A DNA stretch of 30,285 bases, from positions 1-30,285 of the forward strand of contig CAZUII010000002.1 in NCBI GenBank assembly GCA_964619985.1, written 5' to 3'. This document shows, piece after piece, positions 24,226-30,285 of this stretch. Each line of letters opens with the position of its first letter. The stretch's first letter is position 1. The DNA is from an uncultured Candidatus Saccharibacteria bacterium (GTDB lineage Bacteria; Patescibacteriota; Minisyncoccia; Phycocordibacterales; PALSA-1337). The notes below the pieces were generated by a model, which searched no databases, was not told the origin of the DNA, and was given only the letters and a program-made list of their open reading frames with translations. Both the position numbers and the translations under genes were made by a program.

Positions 24226-25230
24226 CTATGCTTTTGTGCTAGCACATGCCACAGTTATCACAAACCTCGCCCCTCTTCCTTGCCCACTTTCAACCTCGAT
24301 AGTTCCTCCCAAGTCTTTCTGCACAATCGTCTTGATTGTCATCAAACCAATCCCGCTGCCGTCTTTTTTTGTCGTGAATTGGTCTTTGAACAGGCGGGCT
24401 TGATGTTCAGGAGAAATGCCGCAACCGGTGTCGGCTACGGATAATTCGACATTCGCATCTGTTGTAATGGCAGAAATCGTCACCGTATGTTCGCGGCGTT
24501 CTCTGGAAGTACCATCTACAGCCGCTGTGTGGGCAACGCACGCGTCGATGGCATTGGAAACCAGGTTGATCAGCAGTTGATGTAGTCGTACTGGATGGAT
24601 GGGCAGGAGAATCTTTTCGGGTTGATTGACTACGATCTCCACGCCGGCCATACGCGCCTTGTATCCGAGAATGTCAGTGACAATGCCGATTTCTTTCTGA
24701 AGATCTGCGTGCACCTGCTCCTGATGCGACATTTCATCAGATACGGTCGTGCCGGACCCCAGAGATCTTTTGACGCTATCCATAAAGGAGTTCATGCGCC
24801 GAGACGATTCGGTGACTACGCGTATGGCATCTTTGGTTTTTTCCGTATAATGAGTATGCGAACCCAGCTCTTGCGCGTACAATGAGACCGCCGATAACGG
24901 GCTGATAAGATCATGGAAAAGCCCTTGCGCGAGCTTGCCGAATTCGGCGTTACGACGAAGCTCAATCATGCGCTGCTCCTCGGCGCGCATGAGTGCGGCG
25001 GTACGTTCTGAAATACGGCGCTCAAACGAAGCCCGCTCCGAATCGATAAGTTTGTCGGAAGCGTCCATGCGCGAATGCGACGATCTGATATGACGATTTG
25101 AGAGCCATAAAATGCTCACAATGAGGACAATGAGTAGTAGGTACATGACCGTATCCACCGCAGGAGCGGAGAGTGCCTCTGCGGTAGACGGTCCCTCAAC
25201 ATACGCCTGCGGGGATGCGAGGGGTGTCAT
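24226..25230 (-). CDS. Sensor histidine kinase (single TM, very small external part)
   Basis: FHDLISPL H-box, NLVSNAIDA, DTGCGI, FTTK..GSGIGL, GRGARF. Confidence 0.92.
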   Translation of the reverse strand: MTPLASPQAYVEGPSTAEALSAPAVDTVMYLLLIVLIVSILWLSNRHIRSSHSRMDASDKLIDSERASFERRISERTAALMRAEEQRMIELRRNAEFGKLAQGLFHDLISPLSAVSLYAQELGSHTHYTEKTKDAIRVVTESSRRMNSFMDSVKRSLGSGTTVSDEMSHQEQVHADLQKEIGIVTDILGYKARMAGVEIVVNQPEKILLPIHPVRLHQLLINLVSNAIDACVAHTAAVDGTSRERREHTVTISAITTDANVELSVADTGCGISPEHQARLFKDQFTTKKDGSGIGLMTIKTIVQKDLGGTIEVESGQGRGARFVITVACASTKA

Positions 25231-25316
25231 GTTATTTCAGTACCGGAAGGGAAGATACGTAATCCATACTATGTCATCATACACTTATTGGTAATAGTTA
25301 TGTCGACACATAACCA

Positions 25317-25365
25317 ATAGTACCATAGCAATTGGCGATAAAGTTTTGATAAAGAAGTGATAAAG
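25317..25365 (-). promoter_or_regulatory. Three CTTTATC boxes at 11-bp period plus an extended -10 (TGGTACTAT) upstream of the kinase
   Basis: Plus-strand GATAAAG at 25337, 25348 and 25359; minus-strand TACTAT at 25322-25317. Confidence 0.65.
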
Positions 25366-25379
25366 TTTTGCTGAAGATG

Positions 25380-26060
25380 CTACGCCGGCTGGTCAGTCAT
25401 GAGGTATCCGCGGCCTATGATATTGGTAATAAGGTCTGGTTTGCCTGATATATTGAGCTTTTTGCGGATATTACGCATATGAGTTTCAACAGTATTGGAA
25501 AATATATCACTATCGGCTGTCCAGACGTGTTCCATGATAAGCACCCTTGAAACGACGGATCCTTTGTGACGGATGAGATATTCAAGCACATCGAACTCCT
25601 TGCGAGTAAGACGAATAGGCGTGTCACCGCGGGTAACGGTATGGGCATCAAGATTCATGACAATATCCCCTGCAACCAGTATCTTTTCCGGAGCTTTGAT
25701 GGCCGGTCGGCGATGCAGTGCTTGCAGTCGCGCGTGCAATTCCTCCAGTTCAAATGGCTTGACCATATAATCGTCCGCGCCATGATTGAGTGCCGCAACC
25801 TTGGTATCGACCGCATCCGTCATTGAAAGAAAAATGATCGGCGTAGTCCGTCCCGATGCCCGGATATCCTTGCAGACGGAAAGACCGTCTTTTTTCGGCA
25901 ATGAATAATCAAGTAGAATGGCATCATAGTCATACATTTTTCCAAGAAATGAACCTTCACCTCCGTCGGAAGCGATGTCAACGGTATACTCTTTGGCGAT
26001 CAGACTATTCTTGACCACCTGGGCGAGATTGCTGTCGTCTTCTACTATAAGGATTTTCAT
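25380..26060 (-). CDS. OmpR/PhoB-family response regulator
   Basis: MKILIVEDD, ILLDYSLP, GADDYMVKPF, winged helix LTRKEF..LEYL, VETHMRNIRKKL, GRGY. ATG at 26060. Confidence 0.96.
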   Translation of the reverse strand: MKILIVEDDSNLAQVVKNSLIAKEYTVDIASDGGEGSFLGKMYDYDAILLDYSLPKKDGLSVCKDIRASGRTTPIIFLSMTDAVDTKVAALNHGADDYMVKPFELEELHARLQALHRRPAIKAPEKILVAGDIVMNLDAHTVTRGDTPIRLTRKEFDVLEYLIRHKGSVVSRVLIMEHVWTADSDIFSNTVETHMRNIRKKLNISGKPDLITNIIGRGYLMTDQPA

Positions 26061-26175
26061 AATGTAGTGATGGCCAGAGTATAGCAAAATCGGGTAATAA
26101 ATCGAGAGCCAATCCGTCTTGATATGCATGGCATACCTTGTTGATGGCTCATGGGTGGAGTACTATAGTAGTATC

Positions 26176-27636
26176 ATGAACAAAATAATCATTTATACAA
26201 CAGTAGCGTTACTTGCCTTCGCGTCTATTGCAAGTGCTCGCGAGATTGAATATACCTTCACGAGCGATTTGTCAGTTGGATCGAATGGTCCTGACGTGGT
26301 CGCCTTGCAGGAATGGCTTATTTCAAGCGGGTATGATATTCCCGCCTTGAGTTCAAGAGCCGCTTCGTATGGTTTCTTTGGTACACAGACGCGCGAAGCC
26401 GTTCGGAAGTTTCAAGAAAGCGAAGGTCTCCCAACTACCGGATATTTTGGCCGCATGAGCCGGGCAAGGGTCGGTCAAAAGAAATTACCTCCAACCGATT
26501 CTCGCGCCCCGATTATAAATGGTGTTGATGCACCGACCACATTGAATGTTGGAGAAACGGGCACGTGGACAGTACGAGCTACCGACCCGCAAAATGGTAC
26601 GTTGAGTTATTCGGTAGATTGGGGAGACATGGTCAATTATCCCGCAGTTTCATGTCCAGCTGGATATACGTGCGTTGCAAATAGTGGAGTGGTTGCACTT
26701 CCAACAGTTCAGCAGGGATCCTCATTCACTCATGCGTATAGTGATGCGCGTACCTACAAGGTCACTTTTACTGTCCGCAATAATCTCGGCTTGAGCACAC
26801 AGTCAACAGCGACGGTCAAGGTAACCAACTCAAATGCTAGTCCGCTCAATATTATTTCTCCAAATGGCGGGGAAATCTGGACAAAGGGTACTACGCAGAC
26901 AATAAAATGGAATTCACTAGCGTATTTTAGGGCGACGTATGCGGATTTGAAACTCGTTCCGTATTATCAATGTCCAGTTGGATCTGGTTGCCCAGCTATT
27001 TCTCGTGCCCTTGTTACGTATGCTATTGCAAAGAATATAAGCATCAATCAGAATTCTCTTTCATGGAAAGTTGGTGAGTATATTCCTGAAGTTATGACTA
27101 TGATCTATCCGCCGGTATATCCGACCGTTGATGATGGTCAATACACAATCGAAATTTGTGAAGCCGGTACAAGCAATTGCGAATCAAGCGACCGTCCATT
27201 CACTATAAAATCAAACAGCGTCCCACAAGTTACTTCACCAAACGGCGGGGAAACGTGGATTGCCAATTCCGCACAATACTTGAGGTGGGGTATTCCGACA
27301 GGCATGGATCCGATGACAAGGGTTGATTTGTATCTTGATCAAGAAATAGAATGCAATGTTGCCATTCCTGCCGGAGCTATGACTCAATGTCCTCCAATGA
27401 GGACATATATTCTCGACAAGAACATCCCGATTACCATGGCTTACAACTGGCTGGTAGCGACGGATATAAACAACGCAAAAATTCTGGCAGGTAATTATGT
27501 ATTTCGTGTCTGTATCGCCGGTTCGACGACCAAGTGCGATTCGAGTGACAAGTATTTCACGATTTCTCAAGAGGTCTGCCCACAAGGATACTCACGAGAG
27601 GGCTCCATGTGTGTTGTAATCTTGCCTCATCCCTAG
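26176..27636 (+). CDS. Exported cell-surface protein: peptidoglycan-binding domain, PKD/Ig-like domain and two SPNGGE-W Ig-like domains
   Basis: Signal peptide; LSVGSNGPDVVALQEWL...GFFGTQTREAVRKFQ; SVDWGD...FTHAY; two SPNGGExW starts; multiple Cys pairs. Confidence 0.88.
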   Translation: MNKIIIYTTVALLAFASIASAREIEYTFTSDLSVGSNGPDVVALQEWLISSGYDIPALSSRAASYGFFGTQTREAVRKFQESEGLPTTGYFGRMSRARVGQKKLPPTDSRAPIINGVDAPTTLNVGETGTWTVRATDPQNGTLSYSVDWGDMVNYPAVSCPAGYTCVANSGVVALPTVQQGSSFTHAYSDARTYKVTFTVRNNLGLSTQSTATVKVTNSNASPLNIISPNGGEIWTKGTTQTIKWNSLAYFRATYADLKLVPYYQCPVGSGCPAISRALVTYAIAKNISINQNSLSWKVGEYIPEVMTMIYPPVYPTVDDGQYTIEICEAGTSNCESSDRPFTIKSNSVPQVTSPNGGETWIANSAQYLRWGIPTGMDPMTRVDLYLDQEIECNVAIPAGAMTQCPPMRTYILDKNIPITMAYNWLVATDINNAKILAGNYVFRVCIAGSTTKCDSSDKYFTISQEVCPQGYSREGSMCVVILPHP

Positions 27637-27639
27637 AAT

Positions 27640-27668
27640 TTGACACCTACTTATCCCCATGCTAAGCT
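27640..27668 (+). promoter_or_regulatory. sigma70 promoter of the tuf-S10 operon
   Basis: TTGACA (27640-45), 17-nt spacer, TAAGCT (27663-68), with TG extended -10. Confidence 0.8.
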
Positions 27669-27705
27669 AGCTGGGTTCGTAATTATAAGGCTATTAACAA
27701 TTTAT

Positions 27706-27753
27706 CTTTGACTCACGTTGCTTGGCTTCACGCCCAGACAATGCGAGTCAAAG
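27706..27753 (+). other. Long hairpin in the tuf 5' leader
   Basis: CTTTGACTC (27706-14)/GAGTCAAAG (27745-53) with imperfect inner pairing; ends 15 nt before the ATG. Confidence 0.6.
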
Positions 27754-27768
27754 CACTAAACTAATATT

Positions 27769-28956
27769 ATGGCAGCAGATTTCAATCGTACAAAGCCGCA
27801 CGTTAACGTCGGTACTATCGGCCACGTTGACCACGGCAAGACTACTCTTACCGCGTCTATTCTTGCAGTTCAGGCAAAGAAAGGTCTCGCAAAGGATAAG
27901 GCATATGCCGATATCGCCAAGGGTGGTACCGTTCGCGACGCGTCAAAGATCGTTACTATTTCTCTCGCTCACGTTGAATACGAGAGCGCAACCCGTCACT
28001 ATGCCCACATCGATGCTCCGGGCCACGCCGACTATATCAAGAACATGATTACTGGTGCCGCCCAGATGGACGGTGCTATTCTCGTGGTTTCAGCTACTGA
28101 TGGCGTGATGCCACAGACTCGTGAACACATCCTTCTTGCAAAGCAGGTCGGAGTGCCAAAAGTGCTCGTATTTCTTAACAAGTGCGACATGGTTCCTGAA
28201 AAGGATCTCCTCGATCTTGTTGAGGAAGAAGTGCGTGAACTCCTCACCAAGAATGGTTTTGATGGTAAGGCAGCTCCGGTTATCCGCGGTTCAGCCCTCA
28301 AGGCTCTCGAAGGTGATCCGGCATGGACAGTCAAGATCGATGAACTCATGAACGCATTGGATACCTATATCCCTATGCCAGTTCGTGAAGTGGACAAGCC
28401 ATTCCTTATGCCTATCGAAGATATCTTCTCTATCGAAGGTCGCGGAACAGTGGTTACTGGTCGTATCGAGCGTGGTCAGGTCAAAGTTGGTGACGAAGTC
28501 GAGATTATCGGCTTCCGTGATACCGCAAAGACTACCATCACTGGTATTGAAATGTTCAACAAGCAGCTCAAAGAGGGTATTGCTGGCGACAATGCCGGTC
28601 TCCTCCTCCGCGGTACTGCAAAGGATGACGTTTCCCGTGGTCAGGTTCTCGCAAAGACTGGTTCAGTCAAGCCTCACACGGAGTTCGAGTCAGAAGTATA
28701 CGTCCTCAAGAAGGAAGAAGGCGGTCGCCACACTCCATTCTTTACTGGATACAAGCCTCAGTTCTATATTCGTACCACAGACGTTACTGGCGAAGTGACC
28801 CTTCCAGAAAAGGTTGAGATGGTCATGCCTGGTGACACGATTACCTTCAAGGTCAAGCTCGTTGCTCCAGTTGCCCTCGAAGCTCAGATGCGTTTCGCTG
28901 TCCGTGAAGGTGGCAAGACCGTCGGTGCAGGTGTTATCACAAAAGTAGTAGCGTAA
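27769..28956 (+). CDS. tuf: Elongation factor Tu
   Basis: [50 protein letters not shown]. Confidence 0.99.
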   Translation: MAADFNRTKPHVNVGTIGHVDHGKTTLTASILAVQAKKGLAKDKAYADIAKGGTVRDASKIVTISLAHVEYESATRHYAHIDAPGHADYIKNMITGAAQMDGAILVVSATDGVMPQTREHILLAKQVGVPKVLVFLNKCDMVPEKDLLDLVEEEVRELLTKNGFDGKAAPVIRGSALKALEGDPAWTVKIDELMNALDTYIPMPVREVDKPFLMPIEDIFSIEGRGTVVTGRIERGQVKVGDEVEIIGFRDTAKTTITGIEMFNKQLKEGIAGDNAGLLLRGTAKDDVSRGQVLAKTGSVKPHTEFESEVYVLKKEEGGRHTPFFTGYKPQFYIRTTDVTGEVTLPEKVEMVMPGDTITFKVKLVAPVALEAQMRFAVREGGKTVGAGVITKVVA

Positions 28957-28959
28957 AAA

Positions 28960-29041
28960 AGATTTACGAATCAAGATTTAAGATGTAAGAATAATCACAC
29001 CTGCGACTATTCTTAAATCTTACTTCTTAAATCCTAAATCT
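28960..29041. repeat. Inverted pair of heptamer arrays between tuf and rpsJ
   Basis: AGATTTA CGAATCA AGATTTA AGATGTA AGAATA ... TATTCT TAAATCT TACTTCT TAAATCC TAAATCT. Confidence 0.8.
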
Positions 29042-29047
29042 AATAAT

Positions 29048-29431
29048 ATGGTTACCGAACATAAAACAACCAAAAAGGCTCCTGCAAAAGCGCCTCGTGC
29101 TCGCAAAGCCAAGGTAGCTGGTGAAGCTCCACATCTGCGCATTCGTGTCCGCGCCTATGAGCACAAGATTCTTGATGCCTCATTGAAGCAGATTATGGAT
29201 ACGGCAGCACGTTACGACGCGGAGATTCATGGTCCAGTACCACTCCCAACCGAGATCAAGAAATACACGGTGAACCGCTCGTCATTCATCGACAAGAACA
29301 GTCGCGAACAGTTCGAGATGCGCGTCCACAAGAGACTTATCGATATTATCAATCCAAATCCGAAGGTCATCGAAGCACTGACCAATCTAAGTTTGCCTTC
29401 AGGGGTGAATATAGATGTAAAGATGATGTAA
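29048..29431 (+). CDS. rpsJ: 30S ribosomal protein S10 with a Lys/Ala-rich N-terminal extension
   Basis: LRIRVRAYEHKILD, GPVPLPT, SREQFEMRVHKRLIDI, LPSGVNI. Confidence 0.98.
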   Translation: MVTEHKTTKKAPAKAPRARKAKVAGEAPHLRIRVRAYEHKILDASLKQIMDTAARYDAEIHGPVPLPTEIKKYTVNRSSFIDKNSREQFEMRVHKRLIDIINPNPKVIEALTNLSLPSGVNIDVKMM

Positions 29432-29440
29432 AGAAAAGCT

Positions 29441-29517
29441 ATTCGACAAAGGAACAATTTAACAATTGAAAGATTAGGCGGATGAAATTGTTTGATTGTT
29501 CCTTTGTCGAATTGTTC
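29441..29517. repeat. Long hairpin built from octamer repeats between rpsJ and rplC
   Basis: Perfect 18-bp IR at 29441-58/29495-512 plus 7 more bp (29461-67/29486-92); 8-bp period (GGAACAAT TTAACAAT; AATTGTTT GATTGTTC CTTTGTCG AATTGTTC). Confidence 0.8.
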
Positions 29518-29529
29518 AATACTACTGAC

Positions 29530-30150
29530 ATGAAATTCATTCTTGGAAGAAAGCTGAATATGACCCAAATCTTTGACGCCAAGGGCGCTGCATTGCCAGT
29601 GACTGCGGTTTCAGTGCGAACCAACGTGGTGACGCAGGTCCGCACCAAAGATGTTGACGGATACGAGGCGCTTCAGGTTGGCGAAGGTTCACGCAATCCT
29701 GCTCGCATTGCAAAGCCTCAAAAGGGCCAGTGGAAGGAGCTCGGCTCATTTGCAGCAGTATCAGAATTCCGCGACTTCACTCCAGGCGCAGCCACACCAA
29801 CTCTTAAGGTTGGCGATAAGGTAGAACTTTCACAGTTTGCTGCTGGTGACACGGTCACCGTCAGTGCTGTTTCGAAAGGTAAGGGCTTCCAGGGTGTAGT
29901 TAAGCGCCACGGCTTTGGAGGAGGTCCTCGCTCACACGGTCAGAAGCACTCGGAGCGCGAGCCAGGTTCCATCGGTGGAGGCTTACGTACTCGCGTGCCA
30001 GTTGGTATGCGCATGGCGGGACGCATGGGATCAGATCGTATTACGGTCAAGAATCTCAAGGTCGTACACATTGACCCAGAGGAAAACATCATGTATGTTT
30101 CTGGAGCTATTCCGGGCAAGCGCGGAACATTAGTCGAGATTGTTGCATAA
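29530..30150 (+). CDS. rplC: 50S ribosomal protein L3
   Basis: GRKLNMTQIF, SKGKGFQGVVKRHGF, HSEREPGSIG, MAGRMG. ATG at 29530. Confidence 0.98.
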   Translation: MKFILGRKLNMTQIFDAKGAALPVTAVSVRTNVVTQVRTKDVDGYEALQVGEGSRNPARIAKPQKGQWKELGSFAAVSEFRDFTPGAATPTLKVGDKVELSQFAAGDTVTVSAVSKGKGFQGVVKRHGFGGGPRSHGQKHSEREPGSIGGGLRTRVPVGMRMAGRMGSDRITVKNLKVVHIDPEENIMYVSGAIPGKRGTLVEIVA

Positions 30151-30157
30151 AACTATC

Positions 30158-30285
30158 ATGGAATCACCTATCTACAATCAGGACGGAAAGGCGACAGGAA
30201 AGATCACTCTTCCCAAGGATGTTTTCGGAGTGCCATGGAACGCAGACTTGGTCCACGAGATCGTTCGTTTGATGAACTCAAACTC
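30158..30285 (+). CDS. rplD: 50S ribosomal protein L4, N-terminal part (truncated by the window edge)
   Basis: MESPIYNQDGKATGKITLPKDVFGVPWNADLVHE, directly after rplC. Confidence 0.93.
   Translation, partial: MESPIYNQDGKATGKITLPKDVFGVPWNADLVHEIVRLMNSN

Noticed and set aside
20658-29517. CRISPR or mini-array interpretation of the periodic repeats
   Set aside because: The units are 7-8 bp and contiguous with no spacers, and there are no cas genes.
19465-30150. Longer ORF-track starts (19465, 20714, 26129, 26119, 29482; likewise 14467, 16342, 7353)
   Set aside because: These extensions run through promoters, repeat arrays or neighbouring genes; downstream ATGs match the family N-termini or the SD position.

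Overview
This window is core chromosome from a reduced-genome bacterium, most consistent with Patescibacteria/CPR (Parcubacteria-like). That placement is inferred from an IF2 lacking its N-terminal domain, a 4-domain S1, Parcubacteria-style surface proteins and housekeeping starts without a Shine-Dalgarno (SD) motif; TGA is used as a stop (code 11). Housekeeping genes: dnaE, rnhB, tRNA-Leu(TAA), tRNA-Cys(GCA), rbfA, infB, a plsC-like acyltransferase, yqeY, lepB, pth, rpsA, gyrA, tuf, rpsJ, rplC and the start of rplD. Accessory features between them: (1) An AT-rich ~2.7 kb block in which an AONS/BioF-family PLP enzyme is flanked by two paralogous multi-TM sensor genes, one a full histidine kinase and one truncated before the phospho-His. 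Both composition boundaries fall inside the sensor genes, and a 17-bp inverted repeat sits at the same codon position in both. This resembles quorum-sensing 'pherotype' loci and is the best candidate for an undescribed system. (2) An AT-rich NYN/LabA nuclease gene whose 3' end carries a complete antisense promoter-hairpin-terminator unit (~50 nt RNA). (3) A folded, REP-like ~50-aa in-frame insertion in dnaE. (4) 7- and 8-bp periodic repeat arrays ending just before start codons. (5) Two apparent pseudoenzymes (HisRS-like and MBL-fold). (6) A triple 11-bp-period box in front of a histidine kinase. (7) A GC-rich pilin. (8) Several orphan genes, each with its own promoter and terminator. All calls come from manual reading; no searches or folding programs were run. 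GC values are hand counts on a few 60-nt lines.
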